The notes beneath the pieces were generated by a model, which was not told where the DNA came from, made no database searches, and worked only from the letters and a program-made list of their open reading frames with translations. A DNA stretch of 64,000 nucleotides from Candidatus Bathyarchaeia archaeon (GTDB lineage Archaea; Thermoproteota; CALKCG01; B24): the NCBI GenBank assembly GCA_038870975.1, contig JAVZJD010000002.1, positions 480,001 to 544,000 of the forward strand, written 5' to 3'. Within the stretch, counting starts at the first letter, position 1. Each line of letters opens with the position of its first letter. The position numbers and the translations under genes were made by a program. Shown piece after piece: positions 50,986 through 60,230 of the stretch.

Positions 50986-51642
50986 TCACCTCTTAATCGT
51001 AAGCTTGAAACTTGGGGTCATCGTACCCTTAAGATAAACGCTTCGGATATTTGTTAAACCTTTAGGCAATTTTCCAATAATCCAGTTTAAAGCGGCTTGG
51101 ACGTTTTCAGCAATCTGTTTAGTATCCATGCTCTGTGTGCCAACTCTGAGCTGAATTAGCGGTTGATTTCTAACCCTTATGTTAACAGTTCTCTTAGCTC
51201 TCTCAATAGCATTGGTTAGATCTAACGTCGGTGGAATAGGTGTTGGCATTTTACCTCTCGGCCCCAGGTATACGCCCCATGTCCTACCTACGAGGGGCAT
51301 TAAAGACGCTTCAGATAAGAATACATCATAGTTTTTAGATATCTTCTTAGCCTGTCTTTTATCACCAGCTAACTTCGTAAGTTCATCCTTATCCAGTATG
51401 AGGTCTATTTTAAGGTCTCTGGCCTTCATATAGAGTTCTCCTGTAGCGAAAAGACAGACCTTTATGGGCTTATTCAGTGCGTTGGGAAGCTCTAGTGTAC
51501 CTGTGATTCTATTTTCTGGTCTACGTAGGTCGATATCTCTAAGGTTTACAATAAGCTCTATGGATTGGGTGAAGTTTTTCCCCTCGCAACTCTTCTTAAT
51601 TTCGTCAACAACGTTAATAATATCGTTGAGTTCGAAGCTCAA
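50986..51642 (-). CDS. rpl1: 50S ribosomal protein L1
   Basis: NFTQSIELIVNL, LGPRGKMP and KGTMTP. Confidence 0.95.
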   Translation of the reverse strand: MSFELNDIINVVDEIKKSCEGKNFTQSIELIVNLRDIDLRRPENRITGTLELPNALNKPIKVCLFATGELYMKARDLKIDLILDKDELTKLAGDKRQAKKISKNYDVFLSEASLMPLVGRTWGVYLGPRGKMPTPIPPTLDLTNAIERAKRTVNIRVRNQPLIQLRVGTQSMDTKQIAENVQAALNWIIGKLPKGLTNIRSVYLKGTMTPSFKLTIKR

Positions 51643-51721
51643 TTCTCATCAGCCCGATGATTCAACCATTGAGAAAACTTCGCGAGAGAAAAACTTTTCT
51701 ATTAAAACCTCCACTGAGCAA

Positions 51722-52210
51722 TCAATCTTCACCTATGACGTCATCGTAAACTCCTTTATCCACCTCTTCTATGACTTCTTTGGGATGTTTACCATCTACT
51801 TTAACGCCCATACTTATGCAAGTACCTAAAACTTCCTTTATAGCACCCTTGAGGGTTCTTGCTAAACTCTTCGGCCTTCTAACTTTAGCTATTTTAACTA
51901 TAGAATTGAAGCTTAACTCACCAATAAATTCAGAACCCGTTTTACTCGAGCCTTTATCCAATTCCAGCTCTTTTAATACAAGAGCCGCGGTGGTGGGAAT
52001 GCCCACCTCGATTTCGAATGCTTTAGTTTCGATGTCAACTATGATCTTCACGGGAACTCTCATTCCAGCATACGCTTTCGTAGCTTCATTTATCTTATTG
52101 ACTATTGCTGGTACGTTTACTCCCAGAGGCCCTAAGGCGGGACCTATCGGTGGACCAGCTGTAGCTTCACCACCTTTGACAAGAATTTCTACTGTTTTCT
52201 TCTCGCCTAA
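51722..52210 (-). CDS. rpl11: 50S ribosomal protein L11; conserved N-terminus extends to 52210 (TTA)
   Basis: In-frame extension GEKKTVEILVKGGEATAGPPIGPALGPLGVN upstream of the track ORF; KEVLGTCISMG. Confidence 0.93.
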   Translation of the reverse strand, partial: LGEKKTVEILVKGGEATAGPPIGPALGPLGVNVPAIVNKINEATKAYAGMRVPVKIIVDIETKAFEIEVGIPTTAALVLKELELDKGSSKTGSEFIGELSFNSIVKIAKVRRPKSLARTLKGAIKEVLGTCISMGVKVDGKHPKEVIEEVDKGVYDDVIGED

Positions 52211-52212
52211 AG

Positions 52213-52680
52213 TTAAGCACCCCCCTCGATTTTCCTTAAATATTCGGCATATATAGTTATCGGGAATGGTGAGACAGATTCCAAAAGTTCTAATGTCACC
52301 TCACTTTTTTGTCTATCAACTGCTACAACTCTACCCTTCATAGACTTGAAAGGCCCTCCAATAATCTCTACAAGGTCCCCGGTTTTCAGAGACTCTATAA
52401 CAGGTTTTGCTGCCAAGTACTTATCTATCTCTGATGGATCTATAAAGCTTGAAACTCTCCCTCTAGAATGTTTAATACCCTGGAGGAGCTCATCCACTAG
52501 AGAAGGGTCTTCCGTTTCGACAAATATGTAGCCTTTCACATCTTTAACCCACATTATGGCTTTAATAACCGATGTGTATGGTTCACCTTTGGCTTTAACT
52601 CTTCGTTCAAACATCTCCAAAACCTGTTTCTCCTGACCTATCATCGTCTTGATGGCGTAAATTTTCGACTGTTTTTTCAT
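52213..52680 (-). CDS. spt5: Transcription elongation factor Spt5 (NusG)
   Basis: IYAIKT..GQE, KGYIFVE and the KOW motif GDLVEIIGGPFK. Confidence 0.95.
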   Translation of the reverse strand: MKKQSKIYAIKTMIGQEKQVLEMFERRVKAKGEPYTSVIKAIMWVKDVKGYIFVETEDPSLVDELLQGIKHSRGRVSSFIDPSEIDKYLAAKPVIESLKTGDLVEIIGGPFKSMKGRVVAVDRQKSEVTLELLESVSPFPITIYAEYLRKIEGGA

Positions 52681-52692
52681 AAAACAACCTCC

Positions 52693-52866
52693 TCAACCAA
52701 CAACCGCAAGTAGAGAAGCTATGAGACGAATGATAAACCCTATAATACCGATGGCACCTACGCTTATAACGGATATCTTTACAGATAGCCAAAATTCTCT
52801 TCTACTTGGTTTAACCGATAGCTTGAACATTCTCACACAGGATTTGACGAAAGAGACCAGACCCAT
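52693..52866 (-). CDS. secE: Protein translocase subunit SecE (Sec61 gamma)
   Basis: Not in the ORF track. MGLVSFVKSCVRMFKLSVKPSRREFWLSVKI...GIIGFII (57 aa) with the KP..EF motif, in its canonical position before spt5. Confidence 0.9.
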   Translation of the reverse strand: MGLVSFVKSCVRMFKLSVKPSRREFWLSVKISVISVGAIGIIGFIIRLIASLLAVVG

Positions 52867-52961
52867 TAGATCAACACTTAGATCTAATTATTTAAAGATA
52901 AATGTTTCTAGACGATCCTTCCACCGACAAATATTCCGCTGGGCGCACAAGGGATGTCCTC

Positions 52962-53786
52962 TTAAACTCTAACTATGTCTAGGTCCATATTTTTCAAATA
53001 GTCGATTACCTCATGTCTGATGCCACCAGGAATCCCTTTCCAGTCTACTAAAGCACATTGAACCTTCTCGAGCGTTCTTTCAACACAAGCCTTGAGGACT
53101 TGCATATTTCTAACGTTTTCAAGAGAGTATTTGGAAACTATATGGGCTGGTGCTAAATCCATCCGTAGACCCACATTGGTGAACTTGGGATTGTAGTGTG
53201 GTCCACCTACGGCTAAGGCGGCTGGAAACCTTTGGAGAGATTGAACAGCCGCCATAGTGGCTTCAGCAATAACTTCACCAGCTTCGCTGTTCTCCCACTC
53301 TCTCTGAGTACTACCTATTTCTACGAACATTGAAGGAACATCGAGTGACGGACCGTGGTGTGTAGCTTCATAGGAGACTCTAAACTTAAGACCTTTTTCT
53401 TCGACGAGGTTATTCATTTCGATTAAAGCTGCCTTCATGGCATTAGCCGGTGCTATGGATAATTTATAAGGCAATCCACCGTATGTTTCAGGTCCTAAAT
53501 TCCCAGGTGCATGTACTGAGAGCGTAGCTATTCCGCTCGAACTCGCATGTTTAGATAGAAAGATCACGAGGCTTGGCTTGAAGTCGCGTTGGATGTATTG
53601 AGAATCAACGATATCTCCTTCGATAGAGGTCAACATAATAGTTTCGTTTTTAATTTCGAGCTTATAAATCGGCCTATTCTGATATGTAACTTCAGACCTT
53701 TTAAAACCATATCTACTTATAAGGTTATTTGCTATGTTAACACCAGCTTTATCAGAGACTGAGAAGACTATAAGCTTCAAAGTCAC
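52962..53786 (-). CDS. dtdA: D-aminoacyl-tRNA deacylase (archaeal DTD2 type)
   Basis: FLSKH, LSVHAPGN, YEATHHGP, FVEIGS and GGPHY. Confidence 0.92.
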   Translation of the reverse strand: MTLKLIVFSVSDKAGVNIANNLISRYGFKRSEVTYQNRPIYKLEIKNETIMLTSIEGDIVDSQYIQRDFKPSLVIFLSKHASSSGIATLSVHAPGNLGPETYGGLPYKLSIAPANAMKAALIEMNNLVEEKGLKFRVSYEATHHGPSLDVPSMFVEIGSTQREWENSEAGEVIAEATMAAVQSLQRFPAALAVGGPHYNPKFTNVGLRMDLAPAHIVSKYSLENVRNMQVLKACVERTLEKVQCALVDWKGIPGGIRHEVIDYLKNMDLDIVRV

Positions 53787-53789
53787 CCT

Positions 53790-54740
53790 CTAGCTCAACA
53801 TGAGGTATAGTAGTGCTTTCTGAGAGTGAAGCCTATTTTCAGCCTGCTCCAAAACAACCGACCGGGGTGAATCTAAAACATCATCTGAAACTTCTTCGCC
53901 TCTCCTAGCTGGCAGACAGTGCATGAAAATTGCGTCTCTTCCAGCCATAGACATGAGCCTAGAGTTTACCTGATAATTAGGGAGGAAATCTCTAAGTCTC
54001 TTCTCCCTCTCAGCTTCAAAACCCATGGATACAAAGACGTCTGTATAAACGACGTCTGCGTTTTTAACCGCTTCTTCAGGACTGTTGAGGATTTCGATTT
54101 TCGCACCCGATTTCTCAGCGTTCCTGTAAGCCCATTCAATAGCCTCTTGCATGGGTTCATACCCCTTTGGACATGCAATTGAAATATTTACGCCGACTTT
54201 GCTACAGCCGATTAAAAGAGTATTACAAACGTTATTACCATCACCAACGTAAGCCAATTTTAGCCCTTTCAGAAAGCCTTTAACCTCTCTTATCGTGAGT
54301 ATATCCCCTAGTATTTGACATGGGTGCCATTTGTCAGATAAGCCGTTTATTACGGGTATGGGAGACCACTTTACGTATTCCTCTAAATCCGTGTGTTTTA
54401 AAACTCTAGCCATAACGGCGTCGACGTATCTCGCGAGAACTCTAGCTGTGTCTTTAATCGCTTCTCCTCTCCCCAGCTGTAGGTCATCCCACCTCAAGTA
54501 CATAGCGTAACCTCCCAGCTGACGCATTGCGACTTCAAATGACACTCTCGTTCTAGTCGATGGTTTCTGGAAAATCATCGCCAAAACCCTTCCCTCTAAT
54601 GATTTCGAATACGCTTGTGGAGTCCTTTTCATAGCTAATGCTACGTCTATTATCTGACGGATGTCATCAGCCTCTAATTCCTGAAGGGTTAGAAGGTGTT
54701 TTACTTTGAATGGCAAAAATACACCCGTCAGGTTTTTCAT
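53790..54740 (-). CDS. argF: Ornithine carbamoyltransferase
   Basis: FQKPSTRTRVSF, HPCQ, VSMG, HCLP and AENR. Confidence 0.95.
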   Translation of the reverse strand: MKNLTGVFLPFKVKHLLTLQELEADDIRQIIDVALAMKRTPQAYSKSLEGRVLAMIFQKPSTRTRVSFEVAMRQLGGYAMYLRWDDLQLGRGEAIKDTARVLARYVDAVMARVLKHTDLEEYVKWSPIPVINGLSDKWHPCQILGDILTIREVKGFLKGLKLAYVGDGNNVCNTLLIGCSKVGVNISIACPKGYEPMQEAIEWAYRNAEKSGAKIEILNSPEEAVKNADVVYTDVFVSMGFEAEREKRLRDFLPNYQVNSRLMSMAGRDAIFMHCLPARRGEEVSDDVLDSPRSVVLEQAENRLHSQKALLYLMLS

Positions 54741-54770
54741 TAGCCTCTCTCTTAAACCTTTCCTCAGAAA

Positions 54771-55682
54771 CTACGATAGTATATCTTCAACGAACTTCTC
54801 TGGGTTAAATGGCTCTAAATCGTCTAGAGATTGACCAACTCCTACGTAGGCGATGGGTCTATTTATCAGTGAAGAAATCGATATAGCGGCTCCACCTTTG
54901 GCGTCAGCGTCCATCTTAGTAAGTATAACTAAGTCAATGTTTAAATACCTCATAAATTCTTCGGCTTGATTTACAGCATCATTACCAGTTAAAGAATCTC
55001 CTACGAATATTACAAGATCTGGCTTAGCTACTCTAGCTATCTTCTGCATTTCCTCCATAAGGTTTCTCTTAGTCTGCATTCGCCCAGCCGTGTCGATTAG
55101 AACAACATTTATGCCATGCGCTTTAGCATACTGTATTGCATCAAAAGCTACCGCAGCCGCATCGCTTTGATACTTCTGTTTTATAGCACGAATCCCAAGC
55201 TTATTTGCTAATATCTCAGCTTGTTCTATAGCTCCAGCTCTAAACGTGTCGCTACACGCTATGCAAACTGAAAATCCGTTTTTAAGTAGAAGCTTAGCGA
55301 CTTTAGCTACTGTTAAAGTTTTACCAGATCCGTTAACCCCCACGAAGAGTATGACGGCTGGTCTCCTTTCCGATAATTTGGACTTAACGGTTTCAATTAG
55401 ATCCTTCTGGCGATTTTTTGACAATTTTTCGAGGAGAATTTGTCTCAACGTACCTTTAACGGTAGGTCTAATGTCTTCAAATCTTTTAACTTTGACTCCT
55501 GAAAGTCTTTCAGCAACCTCTGAGCATATGCTTTCAGCTATACTATAAGCAACGTCGTTTTTTACAAGTTCAACCTTAAAGTCTTCCAGTAAGGGTTTGA
55601 TCTTCTCTGGGTTTAACTCCTCTAAGCTGATTTTCTCTAGGAATTGTGAGAAGGCTTTTCTAAGACTTTCTAGCAGAGCCAC
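54771..55682 (-). CDS. ftsY: Signal recognition particle receptor FtsY
   Basis: GVNGSGKT, DTFRAGAIEQ, DTAGR and TKMDADAKGG. Confidence 0.96.
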   Translation of the reverse strand: MALLESLRKAFSQFLEKISLEELNPEKIKPLLEDFKVELVKNDVAYSIAESICSEVAERLSGVKVKRFEDIRPTVKGTLRQILLEKLSKNRQKDLIETVKSKLSERRPAVILFVGVNGSGKTLTVAKVAKLLLKNGFSVCIACSDTFRAGAIEQAEILANKLGIRAIKQKYQSDAAAVAFDAIQYAKAHGINVVLIDTAGRMQTKRNLMEEMQKIARVAKPDLVIFVGDSLTGNDAVNQAEEFMRYLNIDLVILTKMDADAKGGAAISISSLINRPIAYVGVGQSLDDLEPFNPEKFVEDILS

Positions 55683-56115
55683 CAGCCTCCCTACTCCTTA
55701 TCATTCGTTCAAGGCTGCCCCTGCTTTCTTCAAGCTTTTGGGAGGCTTGCACGAATTGTTGTTGAAGAGATGACTTAATTTGTTCAAGTTTAGCTATACG
55801 TTCGTTGACTATATCTATGGATTCTTTAATACTCTTCTCTATACATACATTTGCGCCGACACCTACAATAACCTTACTGACGTTTTCTATTTTAGCAAAT
55901 ACATACGAACCTGCTCCTATAGGGACAAGTATACTATCGCCTTCTTTAGCGGACTCTATGGCCTTTAAAGTTTCAAGAGCCATTCGAGATTCATTTAATG
56001 TTGCTTCTGTCATATCGAGCCTAGACTTAATAACGTTTAAAGTCGCCTCTAGAAGTTGGATTTCCGCGGCAAGCCTATTAATCTCCTCGTCTGAAGGGCT
56101 ACTCATAAATCCCAT
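55660..56115 (-). CDS. pfdA: Prefoldin subunit alpha
   Basis: ILVPIGAGSYV...VIVGVGANV flanked by coiled coils; lies upstream of ftsY. Confidence 0.92.
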   Translation of the reverse strand: MGFMSSPSDEEINRLAAEIQLLEATLNVIKSRLDMTEATLNESRMALETLKAIESAKEGDSILVPIGAGSYVFAKIENVSKVIVGVGANVCIEKSIKESIDIVNERIAKLEQIKSSLQQQFVQASQKLEESRGSLERMIRSREAGGSARKS

Positions 56116-56311
56116 AATCCATACTCAAGGAGAAATATAAAACCTTTCATTTCCACTTTCGTATTTTGGCGTGAGAGATTTACAAATTTTTGAAAACTAC
56201 TTCGATAATACTTAGAGTCTGCGTTAAACCTCTCTTAATCTCCCATTAATGACTCGGAGCCTATTCACCATCTACTTAGGGATGGTTTGAGAATTTTCGT
56301 ATATGGTTATT

Positions 56312-57313
56312 CTAGATGTAATGTTGATTAATATTAAGAGAGAATGGCTTATGACACGCTACGAAGTGGTCTTCTGAAATTTTTATGAAATACGGCTTCT
56401 CGATTTCACACATTTTCTCTTTAAACGGACACCTCGTGTGGAATCTACATCCTGAGGGAGGATTTACAGGACTGGGCACTTCACCTTTTAAGTCTATACG
56501 TTTCCGTTTCACACTAGGATCTGGCACAGGTACAGCAGAGAGAAGAGCTATAGTATATGGATGACTTGGGTTTGAAAATATTTCTTTCTTCGAACCGAGT
56601 TCTACTATTCCTCCTAGATACATTATCGCCACTTTATCTGAAATGTATTTAGATACCGCTAGATCATGTGTTATAAATAGATATGTTAACTCTAGCTCTT
56701 CTTGCAGTTGCTTCATAAGCTCAAGTAGTTTAGACCTGAGAGAGACGTCTATCATCGAGATCGGTTCGTCTGCTACTATGAATTCTGGGTTCACTATTAT
56801 GGCTCTGGCTATGGCTGCTCTCTGTCTTTGCCCTCCACTAAGCTCATGAGGATAGGCATTATAAAATTTCTCAGGAGGCTCTAAGCCTACCTTCTTAAGT
56901 GTTTCAAAGACGATTCTTTTCTTCTCTTGCCCCTCTGCTATGCCGTGGATTTCAAGCGGATGCCCAACCGCATCGCCTATTTTCATACGGGGGTTTAATG
57001 ACGCATAGGGGTCTTGGAATATAATCTGCATAGTCTTCCTAAGCCTTCTAAGCTCTTCGCCTCTAAGGAATGTTATATCTCTCCCCTTAAAAATGATCGT
57101 ACCACTCGTGGGGTCGATCAAACGCAAAATAAGTCTTCCAGTTGTGGTTTTACCACACCCACTCTCACCCACTAAAGAAAATATCTCCTTCTTTTTTATC
57201 TCAAAGCTGACGCCGTCTACTGCTTTAATATAGTCAACTTTTCGGCTTAATACTCTTTCAAGGAGGCCCCTTTGTACCGGGAAATACTTTTTTAAGTCTT
57301 TTACTTGAATCAT
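56312..57313 (-). CDS. Oligopeptide/dipeptide ABC transporter ATP-binding subunit (DppF/OppF-like)
   Basis: GESGCGKTT, LSGGQRQR and the CRFHTRC Cys tail. Confidence 0.93.
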   Translation of the reverse strand: MIQVKDLKKYFPVQRGLLERVLSRKVDYIKAVDGVSFEIKKKEIFSLVGESGCGKTTTGRLILRLIDPTSGTIIFKGRDITFLRGEELRRLRKTMQIIFQDPYASLNPRMKIGDAVGHPLEIHGIAEGQEKKRIVFETLKKVGLEPPEKFYNAYPHELSGGQRQRAAIARAIIVNPEFIVADEPISMIDVSLRSKLLELMKQLQEELELTYLFITHDLAVSKYISDKVAIMYLGGIVELGSKKEIFSNPSHPYTIALLSAVPVPDPSVKRKRIDLKGEVPSPVNPPSGCRFHTRCPFKEKMCEIEKPYFIKISEDHFVACHKPFSLNINQHYI

Positions 57314-57335
57314 ACTCTTACATCCTTGGGCATTC

Positions 57336-58310
57336 CTACCTGAGATATTTAAAACACTTTACAAACCTTCTTCTTTCAAATTCTACAGTCTGCGGCTCTA
57401 CTTCACTACATCGATTTTCTGCATAGGGGCATCTTGTGTGGAATCTGCATCCTCGAGGCGGGTCGATTAGATTAGGAGGTGCACCAGCTATGTACTTCAG
57501 CTTCTTGTCTGAGAGTTGAATATTGGGTATAGATTCTAAAAGAGCTTCAGAATATGGATGTAGAGGCTTATTGAAAAACGAATTCACATCACTATATTCT
57601 ACAAGTTGACCTGCGTACATTACTGCTATTCTATCGGCCACCTCAGCGACAACGCTGACATCGTGCGTTATTAGAATTAGTCCCATGTTATACGTCTGTT
57701 TAAGCTTTCTCATAAGCTCTAAAATCTGATATTGGACTATTACGTCGAGCGCTGATGTGGGCTCATCGGCTATCACCAGGTCTGGCTTTAAAGCCAGTGC
57801 TAAAGCTATCATAACCCTCTGTCTCATCCCTCCACTCAACTGATGTGGGTAATCGTTAAACCTTTCAGGTAGTATTCCTACGTCTTCTAGAAGAAGACGG
57901 GCCCTTTCAATAGCCTCCTCACGGAGAATCTTTTCATGCGACATTATCGTTTCAACTATATGATCACCAACTTTCATCAGAGGGTTTAGCGATGTCATTG
58001 GGTCTTGGAAAATCATACTTATACGTCTTCCCCTGATTTTGCGCATTTCATTCTCACTTAACCTAGTAAGGTCCATCCCGTCGAATAGTACCCTTCCTTC
58101 CACAATTCTACCAGGTGGAGGGACTAATCTAAGTATGGATAGACCTAAGGTAGACTTACCCGATCCAGACTCCCCCACCAATCCTACGGTTTCCCCCTTA
58201 TCCATAATGAAGTTTACGCCGTCTACCGCTTTAACGACGCCTTCCTCTGTATAGAAGTAGACTTTCAGGTTTTCCAATGAAAGGAGGTTATTTCGATTCA
58301 TGGCGATCAT
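57336..58310 (-). CDS. Oligopeptide/dipeptide ABC transporter ATP-binding subunit (DppD/OppD-like)
   Basis: GESGSGKST, LSGGMRQR and DEPTSALD. Confidence 0.93.
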   Translation of the reverse strand: MIAMNRNNLLSLENLKVYFYTEEGVVKAVDGVNFIMDKGETVGLVGESGSGKSTLGLSILRLVPPPGRIVEGRVLFDGMDLTRLSENEMRKIRGRRISMIFQDPMTSLNPLMKVGDHIVETIMSHEKILREEAIERARLLLEDVGILPERFNDYPHQLSGGMRQRVMIALALALKPDLVIADEPTSALDVIVQYQILELMRKLKQTYNMGLILITHDVSVVAEVADRIAVMYAGQLVEYSDVNSFFNKPLHPYSEALLESIPNIQLSDKKLKYIAGAPPNLIDPPRGCRFHTRCPYAENRCSEVEPQTVEFERRRFVKCFKYLR

Positions 58311-59173
58311 TTCCGGACCAACCTAGGGTTTAAGATTTCAGTAAGCCCTTCTCCGAAAAGACTGAAGCCAAGAGTCAATAAAACTATCATGAGACCGGGA
58401 AAAGTGCTCGGCCACCATATTTTTGACGTGAGGTAGGGATATCCCATTCTTAAATCAAAGCCCCAATCTGGCGTAGGGGCAGTTATGCCGAGTCCAATGA
58501 AGCTTAGAGCTGCCGCTGTAAGCACAGCGTCTGCAGCATTAAGTGATAAGACTATTGGCAGGGATGGAATGATATTTGGAAATATATACTTGAACATTAC
58601 CGTTCTATCCTTAGCACCTATCGCCTTAGCCGCTTCCACAAATAGGTTTTCCTTAACCGATAGCGTCTCTCCTCTGACCATTCTAAAGTATGTTGGTATG
58701 TATACTACGGTTAACGAGATCCCCATGGATATTTCACCTGGACCAAGCATGACAGCTAGAGCTATGGCTAAAACTAGACCTGGAAAAGCGTAAAGACTGT
58801 CCATAAAAAGTGAAATTATACTATCCAATTTACCCCCAGCATAACCTGATAGGAGTCCAATAGGGACGCCTACTAGAAAAGATAACACCATGGATATCAA
58901 TGTAACTCGTAAAACGATTCTCGTCCCGTATATTATTCTGCTTAAAATATCCCGTCCAAGGCCGTCCGTACCCATGGGAAACTTAAAGCTTGGACTTTCA
59001 AGGGGATCCCCAGCTTTCTTTATGGGATTGTAGGGTGCTATATAGGGCGCAAGTAGAGCCATTGAGATGAAAGATGCTATTATGATGAATCCTGCAAAGG
59101 TGAAGTAGTATTTTACCCCTTTCTTGAATTTGAGCCTTCTTAGAATGAATGAAATGATATTGGGGAATAGCAT
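58307..59173 (-). CDS. Dpp/Opp ABC transporter permease (DppC-like)
   Basis: GTDGLGRDI and the EAA loop FVEAAKAIGA. Confidence 0.92.
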   Translation of the reverse strand: MLFPNIISFILRRLKFKKGVKYYFTFAGFIIIASFISMALLAPYIAPYNPIKKAGDPLESPSFKFPMGTDGLGRDILSRIIYGTRIVLRVTLISMVLSFLVGVPIGLLSGYAGGKLDSIISLFMDSLYAFPGLVLAIALAVMLGPGEISMGISLTVVYIPTYFRMVRGETLSVKENLFVEAAKAIGAKDRTVMFKYIFPNIIPSLPIVLSLNAADAVLTAAALSFIGLGITAPTPDWGFDLRMGYPYLTSKIWWPSTFPGLMIVLLTLGFSLFGEGLTEILNPRLVRK

Positions 59174-59187
59174 ATTATCTTCACCCT

Positions 59188-60195
59188 TCAGTAACGGATT
59201 CTAGGGTCTATGTAGACATATATGATGTCCACTATTAGACTTACTAAGACCACTAGAATAGCGAAGAACACTATAGTCCCTTGGACCGTTGTAAAGTCTC
59301 TATATAAGATTCTTTCGGTGAGGAAGGTTCCCATACCAGGCCAGGAGAAAGTCGTCTCCGTTAGTATGGCACCCGCCAGTAGTGCTGCAAACTGTAGACC
59401 CATCATCGTCAGTATGGGGATGAATGCATTTTTCAACGCATGCTTATAGATTACTCGTCGTTCGGAAAGCCCTCTTGCCCTCGCAGCCAGTATATAGTCT
59501 CTTTGAAGCACATTCAACATATGGGCTCTCGTTAATCTTGTGAATATTCCTGAGAGGTAGAATCCTAGGGTTACTGTAGGTAGAATTAAATGCCTTACAG
59601 CACTTATTAGACTTGGTATGTTAAACGTTAGAAGACTATCTAAGACGTATAGTCCTGTTATCGTTTTAGGGGCCATAAGTGGATCTATCCGTCCGCTTGT
59701 CGGCAACCATCCCAAGTATACTCCGAAGATGAGTTGAAGGAATATACCCAGCCATGGTATGAAGATGGCATAGGTTACTATCCCATAGACTCTGAAGAAA
59801 TGGTCTATTAACTTGCCATATCTACAGGCTGAAAAAGTACCTGTTAGGATGCCGATAATCACTCCGAATAGAAAAGCTGAGATTGAAAGCTCTAAAGTAG
59901 CTGGGAAATGCTCCATGATTTCTTCTAATACGGGCCTTTGACCCCATATTAACGACCTACCTAAATCCAAGTGCAAAATCTTCCAGAGATAATCTAAAAA
60001 CTGGATGTGTAGAGGAGCATTAAGTCCCAATTTTTCCTTCATTTTTTCAATTTGCTCTTTAGGGGCATGAGCACCAAGCATAGCACTTACTGGGTCTCCC
60101 GCTACTCTCATTACTAAAAATACTACGGTCAAGAGAATTAGTATCATTGGAATTGCGAGTAGAACTCGTCTAGCAATATATACTCTTAAAGACAA
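59188..60195 (-). CDS. Dpp/Opp ABC transporter permease (DppB-like)
   Basis: GDP, PATLEL, YILAARARGL and DPRIRY. TTG at 60195 after GGAGG preferred over the track start. Confidence 0.92.
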   Translation of the reverse strand: MSLRVYIARRVLLAIPMILILLTVVFLVMRVAGDPVSAMLGAHAPKEQIEKMKEKLGLNAPLHIQFLDYLWKILHLDLGRSLIWGQRPVLEEIMEHFPATLELSISAFLFGVIIGILTGTFSACRYGKLIDHFFRVYGIVTYAIFIPWLGIFLQLIFGVYLGWLPTSGRIDPLMAPKTITGLYVLDSLLTFNIPSLISAVRHLILPTVTLGFYLSGIFTRLTRAHMLNVLQRDYILAARARGLSERRVIYKHALKNAFIPILTMMGLQFAALLAGAILTETTFSWPGMGTFLTERILYRDFTTVQGTIVFFAILVVLVSLIVDIIYVYIDPRIRY

Positions 60196-60230
60196 GATAC
60201 CTCCTCCAAAAATAAAATTGGGAAATTGAT

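Noticed and set aside
51643-51721. TCATC-N5-GATGA hairpin before rpl1 as an L1/L7Ae autoregulatory site
   Set aside because: The stem is short and I cannot match the consensus by eye.
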